From an uncultured cyanobacterium (GTDB lineage: Bacteria > Cyanobacteriota > Cyanobacteriia > CAKZMO01), in NCBI GenBank assembly GCA_963719515.1, contig CAVRCJ010000010.1, positions 704,001 through 768,000 of the forward strand: a stretch of DNA of 64,000 nucleotides. The letters run 5' to 3'. Positions 18,834-29,320 of this stretch are shown one piece after another. The translations under genes were made by a program, and so were the position numbers. The stretch's first letter is position 1, and each line of letters begins with the position of its first letter. Under the pieces are notes generated by a model. That model searched no databases. It was not told the origin of the DNA and saw only the letters and a list, made by a program, of their open reading frames with translations.

Positions 18834-20279
18834 ATGTCTGTCCGCGTTCGCATTGCCCCTAGCCCTACTGGAAGTCTCCACATCGGCACCGCCCGCACGG
18901 CGGTGTTTAACTGGCTCTTTGCCCGTCACCACGGCGGTACCTTCATTATTCGCATTGAAGACACCGACGAAGAGCGATCGCGTCCGGAGTACACCGACAA
19001 TATTTTAGAGGGGCTGAGCTGGCTGGGGCTACATTGGGACGAGGGGCCGCTCTATCAAAGCCAGCGGCTGGAGCTGTATAAGCAGATGGTGCAAAAGCTC
19101 CTGGATCGAGGCTTGGCCTATCGCTGCTACACCAGCGAAGAGGAGTTAAACGCGCTGCGGGCCTCCCAAGAAGCCAAGGGACAGGCCCCCCGCTACGACA
19201 ACCGCCACCGCAACCTGACCCCAGAGCAGGAGGCTGAGTTTCAGGCCGAGGGGCGGCTTCCCGTGGTGCGCTTCAAAATTGAGGATAGCCGCGATATTGC
19301 CTGGTCAGACGTGGTGCGGGGCACCGTAGCCTGGAGCACCAACGACCTCGGGGGGGATATGGTGATTGCGCGGCGGGCTCCCGCAGACGAAATTGGCCAG
19401 CCTCTCTATAACTTTGTGGTGGTGGTGGACGACGCCGACATGGGCATCACCCACGTCATTCGCGGCGAAGACCACATCGCCAACACCGCCAAGCAAATTT
19501 TGCTCTACGAAGCGCTGCAGGCCCAGGTACCCCTATTCGCCCACACGCCGCTAATCCTCAGCCCTGCGGGGAAAAAGCTCTCTAAGCGAGATGGCGTTAC
19601 CTCCATCTCCGACTTCCAGGCCATGGGCTACATGCCCGAGGCGCTGGTCAACTACATGAGCCTGCTGGGCTGGTCGCCACCGGATGCCACCCAGGAGCGC
19701 TTTACCCTGGATGAGGCGGCGCAGCAGTTCAGCTTTGAGCGAGTGAACAAGGCCGGGGCTAAGTTCGACTGGGATAAGCTCAACTGGCTCAACTCCCAGG
19801 TGATTCACGAGACCGATGTGGCCCGGATGACGGACCTGCTGGTGCCCTACTGGCAGGAGGCGGGCTTTAATACCGACGTAGGCCGGCCCTGGCTAGAGGC
19901 GGTGACGACCCTGGTGTCCCAAAGCCTGGTGCGGCTAGATGAGGCGGTGGAAATGTGCCGCTATCTATTTGACAAGGAGTTGCCCCACGCTGAGGCGGCC
20001 CAGACTCAGCTGCAGCAGGCGGGCAGCGGACCGGTGCTAGAGGCGACCCTAGAAGCTTTAAAGGCTATGCCGCTCACCACTGCTGACGAGGCCAAGGCCG
20101 TGATTAAGCAGGTGACCAAAACCGCAGACGTCAAAAAAGGGCTGGTGATGCGATCGCTGCGGGCGGCCCTCACCTGCGATATGAAGGGGCCAGATCTGGT
20201 AGACTCCTGGCTGCTGCTGCATCAGCACGGCGTGGATACCTCGCGGCTTGACGCAGCGAAGGCGATCGCCGCGAGTTAG
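18834..20279 (+). CDS. gltX: glutamyl-tRNA synthetase
   Basis: APSPTG-HIGT (HIGH motif) and KLSKR. Confidence 0.98.
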   Translation: MSVRVRIAPSPTGSLHIGTARTAVFNWLFARHHGGTFIIRIEDTDEERSRPEYTDNILEGLSWLGLHWDEGPLYQSQRLELYKQMVQKLLDRGLAYRCYTSEEELNALRASQEAKGQAPRYDNRHRNLTPEQEAEFQAEGRLPVVRFKIEDSRDIAWSDVVRGTVAWSTNDLGGDMVIARRAPADEIGQPLYNFVVVVDDADMGITHVIRGEDHIANTAKQILLYEALQAQVPLFAHTPLILSPAGKKLSKRDGVTSISDFQAMGYMPEALVNYMSLLGWSPPDATQERFTLDEAAQQFSFERVNKAGAKFDWDKLNWLNSQVIHETDVARMTDLLVPYWQEAGFNTDVGRPWLEAVTTLVSQSLVRLDEAVEMCRYLFDKELPHAEAAQTQLQQAGSGPVLEATLEALKAMPLTTADEAKAVIKQVTKTADVKKGLVMRSLRAALTCDMKGPDLVDSWLLLHQHGVDTSRLDAAKAIAAS

Positions 20280-20312
20280 CTACCGCATCGACTCTAGAAT
20301 TCTGCACTTAAC

Positions 20313-21053
20313 TTGGACAGAGGAGCTGCCGTGTCTCGACTGCGACCTAAACAAACATTCCACCCTCTGACCTACCCTGTGACGGCGCTGGTATGGGCCG
20401 GGCTGCTAGGTCTTCCCGCTCAGGCGCAGTTCTCTGCTCCTCTACCTGCGGTTGACGAGGGGCCTGATGAGTTGCCCAACGACCTGCCAAACGATTTATC
20501 CGATGAGTTCTTTGATGAGTTGCCCAGCGAGTTGCCCAGCGAGTTGCCCAGTGAGCAACCTGACGCGCTGCCCGACGAGCTGACCCCGTCAGCCCCCATC
20601 ACGCCGCTGCCCCCCCCTATTCTGCCGCCCACCAGCGTCACCCCCACGGCGGCCCCGCTATTTGAAAACGTCACTCTCAACCCGTCGGCCCCAGACGTGA
20701 CGGTGCGGGGAATTAGCGGCGGCTCTCAGCTGGCGACCGCAGTTTCAGGCCGGCAGGAAACCAATACGGGGGTCTGTGCGGGGTACGTGGATAGCGACGC
20801 CGACCATCGCATGGTGCTCACAGATTTCTTTGACTTTCTCAGCCTCCAGGTGGAAAGCCCGGAAGACACAACGCTGGTGGTCCGGGGGCCGGGGGGTAGC
20901 TGGTGTAGCGACGACCTTGACGGGCGCAATCCTGGGGTAGTTGGGGCTTGGTCGCCGGGTGCCTATGAGATTTGGGTGGGGTCTTATCAGCCGGGGGACT
21001 ATTATCCCTATGTGATTCGGATTTCGGGGCAGGCTGAAGTCACGGAAAATTGA
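20313..21053 (+). CDS. secreted protein with acidic/Pro-rich linker and PPC-like C-terminal beta domain
   Basis: Signal-like segment ending PAQA; PxEL tetrapeptide repeats; DTTLVVRGP, CSDD and GAYEIWVGS. Start may be GTG 20331. Confidence 0.7.
   Translation: MDRGAAVSRLRPKQTFHPLTYPVTALVWAGLLGLPAQAQFSAPLPAVDEGPDELPNDLPNDLSDEFFDELPSELPSELPSEQPDALPDELTPSAPITPLPPPILPPTSVTPTAAPLFENVTLNPSAPDVTVRGISGGSQLATAVSGRQETNTGVCAGYVDSDADHRMVLTDFFDFLSLQVESPEDTTLVVRGPGGSWCSDDLDGRNPGVVGAWSPGAYEIWVGSYQPGDYYPYVIRISGQAEVTEN
20463..20582 (+). repeat. 12-nt tandem repeat (CCCAGCGAGTTG-like) encoding PSEL/PDEL/PNDL
   Basis: About 10 imperfect units read directly. Confidence 0.8.
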
Positions 21054-21088
21054 CTGTAGTGGAGGGCTCTACTACAGCGTCCCCTCAA

Positions 21089-21547
21089 TCAAGGTCTCAT
21101 CTCCTCAAACATCCGGTAAGGGCACTCCGCCATCCCCAGCGCCGAGTAAGTCGCCTGCGCCTTCTCGTTCTCGCGCTCCACGTACAGCCGGAACCCGCAC
21201 ACGTTCGTCTCATTCTCCGCCAAATCCTTCACAAACTCATACAGACGGCGATAGATTCCCCGACGGCGGAACCCCGGCTCTACGTATACGCTCTGAACCC
21301 ACCAGAACAGGCCATTGCGCCAGTCGCTCCACTCCATTGTCACCATCAGCGTCGCCACGACCTTCGACTCGGCGATCGCTACGAGGTAGAACCCTAGCGC
21401 CGGGCTTTCAAGCAGGGTCTCGACACCCGCCAGCACAACCTCGGGGACTAGGGTCTTATCCTCGGTCTCATGCGCCATCGCCCGGTTAAAGTCAGCGATA
21501 ATCTGCGCGTCCCCACGCTCCGCCCGACGTATCGTTATAGAATCCAC
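21089..21547 (-). CDS. GNAT family N-acetyltransferase
   Basis: VYVEPGFRRRGI acetyl-CoA motif and NEKAQATYSALG. Confidence 0.9.
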   Translation of the reverse strand: MDSITIRRAERGDAQIIADFNRAMAHETEDKTLVPEVVLAGVETLLESPALGFYLVAIAESKVVATLMVTMEWSDWRNGLFWWVQSVYVEPGFRRRGIYRRLYEFVKDLAENETNVCGFRLYVERENEKAQATYSALGMAECPYRMFEEMRP

Positions 21548-21882
21548 GCGATCGCGTCCTTACTAATCATTGATCAAGGCTAATGTCGCATCAATCATCG
21601 CGTCCTCGCTGTCTGAGTTTTCAGCGAGTACCTCCACGGTGACGGCTGCCCACAAGAAATATCTCTACGGCGCTGCCCAAAAGTTTACTGGACTGTTAAG
21701 AGATTCCGAACATTCTCGTGGATTGATGACTTTTCCATAAAACCCTCAACAATGGGGGACAGGTCTCCCTAGAGCTACGCGCCCGTAGCCTGAGGGGGAA
21801 TGCTAGATGCAACCTTACGCTTACGCTATAGGCGTAGCGTCTTTACAACACGAGCAGTTATCTGAGGGATATACAAAATCGT

Positions 21883-22323
21883 ATGGGACTTCTCGAAATC
21901 ATTCAGGATAAAGCGGTGCGAGCCAGCATCGTTGAGGATTTGACGCATTTAATCGATAAGCAGGTCGCCGCCAAGTCCGGCTTTGGCGGGTTGGCGCTCA
22001 AAACGACCTATGGCGTTGTCAAAAATATTGGGCCAGCCTACATCCCCGGCGCGGTTAGTCGCCTTCTCCCCGAGGTTTGCGGCTCACTCAACCCCATTTG
22101 GGAAGAGGGCATTGAAGCGGGTGACCCCGTCAAATACTTGAGCCAAAACAAAGAGCGCACCGCAGACGCAATCCTCAAAACGACGGATGCGAAAGCTGCA
22201 GCTACAGACAACAAGGTAATTCGCTCGTCCTACAACAAGCTACGTAACTCCGTGAAAGGGGACGTGGAGTCGGCTGTTCCAGGCATCGCTGACATCCTCG
22301 GTCGTCACGCCTTGGTGCGGTAG
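21883..22323 (+). CDS. conserved hypothetical helical protein
   Basis: Clean ORF with GAGGG RBS; resembles a family I recall as DUF6918. Confidence 0.7.
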   Translation: MGLLEIIQDKAVRASIVEDLTHLIDKQVAAKSGFGGLALKTTYGVVKNIGPAYIPGAVSRLLPEVCGSLNPIWEEGIEAGDPVKYLSQNKERTADAILKTTDAKAAATDNKVIRSSYNKLRNSVKGDVESAVPGIADILGRHALVR

Positions 22324-22339
22324 AGCGTTGGGGCATTAG

Positions 22340-22545
22340 CCTTCTGGTGCGGCCTCTGGTGCGGCCTCTGGCGCGACCTCTGGCACGAGTCTACGGGCAC
22401 AGGGCCCAAACCATACTTCTACTGCAGTGCTCTAGCTGCAGTGCTTTAGGCCAGTGCTCTAGACCTTAGCTCCCCCAAAACTATTCAGCTGTCCGATGGC
22501 GGGCAGCACTTTTTTTGGCGTCATCGGCTTTTTGGCGTCATCGGC
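22340..22545. repeat. cluster of three short tandem duplications (12, ~14 and 17 nt units)
   Basis: CTCTGGTGCGGC x~4, CTGCAGTGCTCTAG x~3, TTTTTGGCGTCATCGGC x2. Confidence 0.7.
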
Positions 22546-22902
22546 AGGTTGCCGAAATTTGCCGCTGCGCTGCGAGGGCAAGAAAACGCGGTGCGTACCT
22601 TTAGGTTATTTGGGCTGTGCTCGCGCTGGACACAACACGCTTTGACAGGGAGCCGTTTTGTCTAGGTGCCTTCACAGAGAATAAGATTTGGGCCTTCATC
22701 CCGCTGTTGTCAAGGCTGCTTGGCTACAAAACCTGCTGATCCCGAGAGCAAGAATCTAAGTTAATTTACAGATTATTGATTTATGCGTTTTTGAGAGCAA
22801 TTTTGAAAATAGACGGGTTTTACTGCTTCTAGTCAACGGAACGGGCCGTCTAGACTGCTTTGATAGCTAGGCGGCTCAACCCAATCAGGTCATAGCTACT
22901 AG

Positions 22903-25728
22903 ATGAGGAGGCCACTTATGTCGATCAATCGCCGCGAGTTCTTCATGTTGGGAGCCGGACTGGGCATCGGCAGCTTCAGATTCGGCGCCGCGGCCCGCGC
23001 TGAGGCGATAGATGCAGGCCAGCTGCCGCGATCGCTTCAGCAATTCCCCGCGCTGATGGCACAGGTAAGCGGCTCGGTTGGGGGTGCGGTTGTTCCGGGG
23101 CGACACAGCGGCTTCATGGTGCAGAGCGACTATGGGGCGGCCAACAACTTCGAAGTGGTGTTTCACAGCGCCGCTGAGGGTTTGGCCCAGGTGTACCGCG
23201 ACAACGCCCAGCCCCAGTTTCCCTGGATTGGCCCTTTGCCCCCGGAGTATTTCTTTACCTGCGGGCCGTCTGGGCAGACGGGCAAGGCGCTGCACGGCAG
23301 CTTCTTTGGGGCAGGGGAGGCTTCCGACGTATCGCTGATCCAGAGCAACTTTAAGGACTTTGGCAGCAAGAACGGTCATCTAGAGCTGGTGGTGCGCCAT
23401 GGCGATAGGCTGGCCCTCTACTGGCGGGCGAGCGCCGCCCCACTGCTGTGGAATGGCCCCCTCTATCTGCCTGCAGCCACTCATACAGGTAACCCCGCCT
23501 TCATTCAGGGCGACTTCGGCACCCTCGGCAACTTTGAGCTAGTAGCCCCCCACGACGGCAGCGGGCTGCTGCACTACGTCCGCATCAACGACGATCCTGC
23601 CGTGCCTTGGGCGGGGCCGACGACCTTCGGCCAGCAGTTGGGCAAAGTGGATGCCGTAGCGCTCATTCAAAGCGACTACGTCGACGCTGGAGAAGGCAAC
23701 GGCCACATGGAGGCGATCGCCCGCGTCGGCAACAAGCTCTTTTCTCTGTGGCGCGAATCGAAAGAGCCCTACGGCTGGACGCTGCTGCCCCAGGCCATTA
23801 CTGACGAGGTAGGGGGCTTAGCGGTCACGGGGATTCCTGGCTTCGTTCAAACCCAGGACCGCGACTTTCATCTAGTCGTGCCGGTTGCCGAGGGCGGGTT
23901 GGCGCACCTGCGCCGTCAAAACAGCGTCGATACCGCCTGGGTTCTAGAAGACACCTTTGCGCCTGGCGTCGATGCTGCCGCCGCATCGCTGCTGCAAAAC
24001 CAGTTTGGCGGCGGGCTGGAGCTGCTGGTGCGGGTAAACGAGTCATCTCAGTTCCAGCACTTTTTCGCCAGCGTCGGAGAGAGCTGGAGCGCGGGCGGAG
24101 AGTTTGCCGAAGCGGCTGCGGATAGTCCCGCCAGCACAGGGGAATGGACCGTGCCCTACAGCCTCGACTTTGGCACCGTCGGCATCCACGCCGCTTTGCT
24201 CAACACCGGTAAGGTGCTGCTGGTGGGCTACGAAGATATTGTGGAAAACGAAAACAGCGCCGTCTCTATCTTGGACCCCAGAACCGGCCAGCAGACTAAC
24301 GCCCTGCCCAACCCCCAGCGCAATAAGTTTTGCTGCGGCCACGCCTTTTTGCCCGACGGGCGGCTGGTGCTGGCCTCCGGCAACGTGGGGGAAACCAGCG
24401 CCAAGTCCCTGCACACCTTCACCCCCAGCGGCGATGGGGGCACCTGGACCGACTTTGGCAGCATGAGCGGCGGCGTCCGCTGGTATCCCACCTGCACCAC
24501 GCTGCCGGACGGACGCGTGTTCATCCTGGCGGGGACGGCCCAGGTGTTCACCACCATCCAGCAGTCCACCTGCTCCCAAGACTTTATTGGCGGCACCGGC
24601 ACCCCCCGCACCATCAACAAGACCTACGAAATCTTTGACGGCAGCAGCAAGGGCAATTCGATCGCGGTGCCGGAGCTGTTTGAGGACTGCGAGGACAGCC
24701 TCGGGCTATACGGGCTGTATCCCTTTGTGTTCGTCATGCCCGACGGGCGGCTGATGATCCACGGCAACACCCGCACCTACTTCCTAGACGTGAACACCAA
24801 CGCCGTTGAACCCCTGCCCAGCCGGACCCAAATCAAGACCTCCCGCACCTATCCATCAGAAGGCTCCGCTGTGATGCTGCCGCTGCTGCCGGAGAAGGGC
24901 TATCAGGCCCGGGTGATGCTGATTGGCGGTGGGGTGTCCTGCTCCTTTGTGCCCTCCAGCAACCCCAACTGCGGCCAGGGCCAGCCCATCACCCCCGACG
25001 GCAACCCCATCCAAACCGCCTGCCTCGACAAGCGGGACGACTGGCCCACCACCAATACCTGTGAGGTGCTGGACCTCAACGCTCCCGAGCAGGGCTGGAG
25101 CTTCACCGCCGCCATGAAGAGCGGTCGGGTGATGCCCGACGCGGTGCTGCTGCCCGACGGCACGGTGTTTGTCTGCAGCGGCAGCAGCACCGGAACAGCG
25201 GACGTGGCCCGCACGCCGGTTTTAGAAGCCGAGATCTACGACCCCGAGCAAAACAAGTGGACCAGCGTCGCCGCCATGCATGTCCCCCGGCTCTACCACG
25301 CCGCCGCCATCCTGCTGCCCAGCGGCGAGGTGCTGACCTCGGGCACCGACAAGTTCTACAACATCGAGCCCTTTGACCATGCGGAGAACCGGGTGGAGGT
25401 GTTTAAGCCGCCCTATCTATTTAAGGGAGAGCGGCCCGCGATCGCTGCCGTCACGGGGCAGGTGGGCTACGGCGACCTGTTTAGCGTCAACACGCCCGAT
25501 GCGGGCGCTGTAAAGTCGGCCTGCTTTATTGCGTTGGGGGCGAGCACCCACTCGTTTAATATGCAGCAGCGGTTTGTGGGGCTGGAGATTAGCAATCAGG
25601 GCGGCGGTGAGCTGCTGCTGAAGGCTCCGCCCAACGCCAACATTGCCCCTCCGGGGTTCTACATGCTGTTTTTGGTGAATCAGCAGGGGGTACCGTCAGA
25701 GGCGAAGTTTGTGAAGCTGCAGGCTTAG
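22903..25728 (+). CDS. Tat-exported copper radical oxidase (galactose/glyoxal oxidase, AA5-like) with N-terminal repeat domain and DUF1929
   Basis: SINRREFF Tat motif; NKFCCGH, RWYPT, RLYHA and STHS catalytic motifs; PPGFYMLF C-terminus. Confidence 0.88.
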   Translation: MRRPLMSINRREFFMLGAGLGIGSFRFGAAARAEAIDAGQLPRSLQQFPALMAQVSGSVGGAVVPGRHSGFMVQSDYGAANNFEVVFHSAAEGLAQVYRDNAQPQFPWIGPLPPEYFFTCGPSGQTGKALHGSFFGAGEASDVSLIQSNFKDFGSKNGHLELVVRHGDRLALYWRASAAPLLWNGPLYLPAATHTGNPAFIQGDFGTLGNFELVAPHDGSGLLHYVRINDDPAVPWAGPTTFGQQLGKVDAVALIQSDYVDAGEGNGHMEAIARVGNKLFSLWRESKEPYGWTLLPQAITDEVGGLAVTGIPGFVQTQDRDFHLVVPVAEGGLAHLRRQNSVDTAWVLEDTFAPGVDAAAASLLQNQFGGGLELLVRVNESSQFQHFFASVGESWSAGGEFAEAAADSPASTGEWTVPYSLDFGTVGIHAALLNTGKVLLVGYEDIVENENSAVSILDPRTGQQTNALPNPQRNKFCCGHAFLPDGRLVLASGNVGETSAKSLHTFTPSGDGGTWTDFGSMSGGVRWYPTCTTLPDGRVFILAGTAQVFTTIQQSTCSQDFIGGTGTPRTINKTYEIFDGSSKGNSIAVPELFEDCEDSLGLYGLYPFVFVMPDGRLMIHGNTRTYFLDVNTNAVEPLPSRTQIKTSRTYPSEGSAVMLPLLPEKGYQARVMLIGGGVSCSFVPSSNPNCGQGQPITPDGNPIQTACLDKRDDWPTTNTCEVLDLNAPEQGWSFTAAMKSGRVMPDAVLLPDGTVFVCSGSSTGTADVARTPVLEAEIYDPEQNKWTSVAAMHVPRLYHAAAILLPSGEVLTSGTDKFYNIEPFDHAENRVEVFKPPYLFKGERPAIAAVTGQVGYGDLFSVNTPDAGAVKSACFIALGASTHSFNMQQRFVGLEISNQGGGELLLKAPPNANIAPPGFYMLFLVNQQGVPSEAKFVKLQA

Positions 25729-25927
25729 GCTTGCCGCTCTCTGGCGACTCTCTGGCACGCAGTGACCTCAGCGCTATCCGTAGAGGACCTACCGATAGCG
25801 CTGACGCTGAAGGTGGCGATGCTAAGCTAGACTGCGTTTGAGGCGTTGGTGAAAGATTGGCCCCAAAAGGCGATCGCTCTTTAGCCATGGTGAAGCCCTC
25901 AAACCCGCTGCTGACCGCCTATAGCCC

Positions 25928-27391
25928 ATGCCCCGTACGCCTACCCTCCGCTTCGATCGCGGCACCTTGATCCTCCACCCCCCGCCCCGAGGTAAAGCCT
26001 GGATTGACTACGCGACCTGGGACGATCGCGTCGAGCGGTTTCGCGTACCGGCCATCCGCTACCGCGAGCTGGTGGAAACCCTACAGGGGGAGACCAGCGC
26101 CTTCACCGACAACGCTAAAGCCTTCGAGCCCCTGACCCTGACGCCCCAGCTGACTCTCACCCCCTACCCCCACCAGCAGCAGGCCCTCGACGCTTGGACG
26201 ACGGCGGGGCGACGGGGCGTGGTGGTGCTGCCTACCGCTGCCGGAAAGACCTACCTCGCCCAAATGGCCCTGCAGGCCACCCCGCGCAGCACGCTGATCA
26301 CCGTCCCCACCTTGGACCTGATGCACCAGTGGTACGCCCACCTTAAAACTGCTTTTCCCGACGCAGATGTGGGGCTGCTGGGGGGCGGGAGCCGCGATAA
26401 GTCCGCCATCCTCGTCGCCACTTACGACAGCGCCGCCATCAACGCTGAACACATCGGCAACCGCTACGGCCTGCTGATCTGCGATGAGTGCCACCACCTG
26501 CCCAGCGACTTTAACCGCGTCATCGCCGAATATGCGATCGCCCCCTACCGCCTCGGCCTGACGGCGACCCCCGATCGCTCCGACGGTCGCCACGCCGATT
26601 TAGACCAGCTGCTGGGTCCAGTGGTCTATCACCGCACGGCGGAGGAGCTGGCGGGACAGGCGCTGGCGCAGCACGAGATTGTGCAGATCAAGGTGGCGCT
26701 GTCGGAAAATGAGCGCGATCGCTACGACCATCTCATCGACGTTCGCAACCGCTTTTTACAGGAAAACAACATTTTTTTGGGGAGCCTGCAGGGGTGGCAG
26801 CGGTTTGTTGGGGCCAGTGCCCGCTCGAAGGCGGGACGGCGGGCTATGCTGGCTCACCGGGAAGCGAAGGCGATCGCCTTGGGGACGGCGGGCAAGCTGA
26901 AGGTGCTGGCAGACTTGCTCACCCAGCACTACCCCGAGCAAACGCTAATTTTCACTAACGATAACGCCACGGTGTACCGCATTTCTCAAGACTTCCTCAT
27001 TCCCGCCATCACCCACCAGACCCCCGTTAAAGAGCGCCACGAAGTGCTGCAGCGCTTCCGCGAAGGGACGTATCGGGTGCTGGTGGCTTCCCACGTGCTC
27101 AACGAGGGGGTGGATGTGCCTGCAGCGAGCGTGGCGGTGCTGCTGTCGGGGTCGGGGTCTGCTCGGGAGTATATTCAGCGGCTGGGTCGGGTGCTGCGGA
27201 AGGGGGACGGCACGAAGTACGCCCGGATGTATGAGGTCGTGGCGGAGGAGACGGCGGAAGAAGGGGTGTCGCGGCGACGACGGCAGGCTCCTGCGCGGCC
27301 ATCGGGGCAGCTGACGCTGGTGCCTGAACCCTATGAGGTTACTCCGCAGAGCCCGCGAGCGGCTGAAGACGGCAGCGACTACGACAAGTAG
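25928..27391 (+). CDS. SF2 helicase, XPB/SSL2-like
   Basis: LPTAAGKT, DECH, TATP, NEGVDVP and QRLGRVLR. Confidence 0.9.
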   Translation: MPRTPTLRFDRGTLILHPPPRGKAWIDYATWDDRVERFRVPAIRYRELVETLQGETSAFTDNAKAFEPLTLTPQLTLTPYPHQQQALDAWTTAGRRGVVVLPTAAGKTYLAQMALQATPRSTLITVPTLDLMHQWYAHLKTAFPDADVGLLGGGSRDKSAILVATYDSAAINAEHIGNRYGLLICDECHHLPSDFNRVIAEYAIAPYRLGLTATPDRSDGRHADLDQLLGPVVYHRTAEELAGQALAQHEIVQIKVALSENERDRYDHLIDVRNRFLQENNIFLGSLQGWQRFVGASARSKAGRRAMLAHREAKAIALGTAGKLKVLADLLTQHYPEQTLIFTNDNATVYRISQDFLIPAITHQTPVKERHEVLQRFREGTYRVLVASHVLNEGVDVPAASVAVLLSGSGSAREYIQRLGRVLRKGDGTKYARMYEVVAEETAEEGVSRRRRQAPARPSGQLTLVPEPYEVTPQSPRAAEDGSDYDK

Positions 27392-27406
27392 GGTGATTTG
27401 CGATTT

Positions 27407-27449
27407 GCAAAGCGGTGGCGCTTCGGCATAAAGAGCGCCACCGCTTTGC
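27407..27449. terminator. 16-bp stem hairpin between convergent genes
   Basis: GCAAAGCGGTGGCGCT / AGCGCCACCGCTTTGC. Confidence 0.75.
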
Positions 27450-27450
27450 T

Positions 27451-27873
27451 TTAGACTGCCCTTTGCTCAATGAGGTAGCTGATCACCTGGCCTTGGGCGG
27501 GGGTGATGTGGATACCGGTTTCCCGGACGGGCATGAGCGGGGTCCAGCGGTGGCGCTCGATGCGGCGACCGAGGTGGAGCCGGTTGATGGCGTCGATGAC
27601 GCCTTGGGGGGAGCCGATGAGGATGTGGTGGACGTAGTCGTAGTTGGCGTCTGGGCTGGGGTTGGGGAGGGCGATCGCTGGGGCGGTTTCAGGGCTGGAG
27701 GCCCTCTCCCCCAACCCCTCTCCCAAACATGGGAGAGGGGAGTTCGGTTCCCTTCCCTCGGAGTCGGGGGAAGGGCTAGGGATGGGGGCCATTTCGGGGG
27801 CTTTACTCTCGGGCATTGGGGACTGTGCCGCCTCATCGGTGGGATGGGACGACGAGCGATATTGGTTTGTCAT
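27451..27873 (-). CDS. small cyanobacterial hypothetical protein with in-frame repeat insertion; paralog of 48159-48452
   Basis: HILIGSPQGVIDAINRLH...WTPLMP...GQVISYL aligns with IIATGVPQAVQSHVNAMY...WTDPVP...GEVMRVL; AAGGAA RBS. Confidence 0.7.
   Translation of the reverse strand: MTNQYRSSSHPTDEAAQSPMPESKAPEMAPIPSPSPDSEGREPNSPLPCLGEGLGERASSPETAPAIALPNPSPDANYDYVHHILIGSPQGVIDAINRLHLGRRIERHRWTPLMPVRETGIHITPAQGQVISYLIEQRAV
27697..27789 (-). repeat. 93-bp palindromic dispersed repeat, family A, copy 1 (inside a CDS)
   Basis: Reverse complement closely matches 32076-32168. Confidence 0.9.
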
Positions 27874-28336
27874 TCTTGGGGTTCCTTTTTTGTTGTGGTA
27901 GGAAACCCAGGAATTCAGCCATCCCTTGAGCGGTACTTGTTTCGGGATGGCTGTCGGAATCGCTTATGCTACCGATAGCCGCCGAAGCAGGTCTGTTCTG
28001 CTGAGGGGGTCAGGGGGCAATCGTCGGGGTCAACGGCGATCGCCTCCGTTTCAGGCTAAATTCTTGGGAGCCAAGCTGCGGAGGGCAGCTCTCAAGACAA
28101 GACAATAGCGTATTGGTGAGCGGGCCGCAAGAGTAGTACAAGCTTTTTTGAAATGCGAGGCTTAGCCATGTACCGGGGCTTCAATTCCCAGGTTCGCCAT
28201 CGTGAGTTCAGGGCTTGTTCGTAGAAACATGGAGCGGATGAGGACAGGTGGCGAGGAAGGCAAGATGGGTATCATCTGTGGATAGCGGTTAGATTTAAAG
28301 CAAGGCTAACGCTACATCAGCGATGGGGAAAGGCCA

Positions 28337-28549
28337 ATGACTCAATTAACTATCGAGCTACCTGAGCAGATCGCAAAAGATTTGGAGGCCTATCTACGGG
28401 CAAATCCACAGGAAACTCTAGTGGGGCTGATTTACGAGGCGCTACAAATTAGGTTGACTCCAAAAGATCCTTCTCAGCTCCTAGCGTTGGCAGGCATCGT
28501 CACTGATGCCCCTCGCGGAGCGGCAGAGCATGCGGAGGACTTAGCCTAG
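28337..28549 (+). CDS. small hypothetical, antitoxin/RHH-like protein
   Basis: QLTIELPEQIAKDLEAY N-terminus. Confidence 0.55.
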   Translation: MTQLTIELPEQIAKDLEAYLRANPQETLVGLIYEALQIRLTPKDPSQLLALAGIVTDAPRGAAEHAEDLA

Positions 28550-28689
28550 CTTTGACAAGCTGCAAAGCGCGGTGACTGAATTGCCCCAGTGGCGCGGCTC
28601 CTTGGAAGATGGAACGGTGATGCTGACGGCACTGAAATATCGCTGCCCTATCTGGACTTACAATTTTCGAGACTTCAGCGTATTCCAGA

Positions 28690-28814
28690 CTTTGGAATTT
28701 TGGAATCCAAGTATGGGAAACTAGTGGTGCGTTGTGGCCGTTACAGCTCTGGTAGGCTAGCGCCAGATTATCCTCATAGCTTTGCTGAGCGGCTGAGATG
28801 CGGGGCTTAGCCAT
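28690..28814 (-). pseudogene. internally deleted HNH endonuclease remnant
   Basis: MAKPRISAAQQ joined directly to DNLALAYQSCNGH (a degenerate NLALAC..CN motif). Confidence 0.55.
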
Positions 28815-29199
28815 AGACTGGGGTTTCAATTCTCAGGTGGGCCATCGCAACTTAAAGACTGGTTCCCTGCCGCTCTGAGAGGGCAATTAGGACTTGAATG
28901 CGGTGAACGTTGGCTTGCTCAATCCGCTCAGAGATTTCAATTAGCTCGGTCTGTTCGGCAGGCGTTAGGGTTTCGGCTTGGCGCTTGGCAATCAGCGTGT
29001 GGTAGCGCTTCCAGGTATCCTGCGAAAGTCCAATGCTGACTTGCTCTAGGAGTTCGGCTTCTATTATGGCAGGGGGTGGACTAAGCCGCTGCTGCAGTAG
29101 ATTGAGGATGTAGCTGGTGGGGTTGAGGCCTTGCTGGGTCGCAACTTCGTGCAGGCGCTGCTCTAATTCTGGAGTGAGGGTGAGGGTGAGCGTCGCCAT
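28808..29199 (-). pseudogene. HNH-associated antitoxin-like gene with premature stop
   Basis: TAA at 28852-28854; the same frame continues VAMAHLRIETPVYG to a stop overlapping the HNH start. Confidence 0.6.
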
Positions 29200-29320
29200 G
29201 ACATCGATGAGATGAATTTCCTCTATTGTAGCTGTGTCTATTGATATCTCTTATTCACGCTATGTGGCCGATAGCCCAGAGAATGAGGCAAAATTAACGT
29301 TAGGTAGCAGAAAAGCTGAG

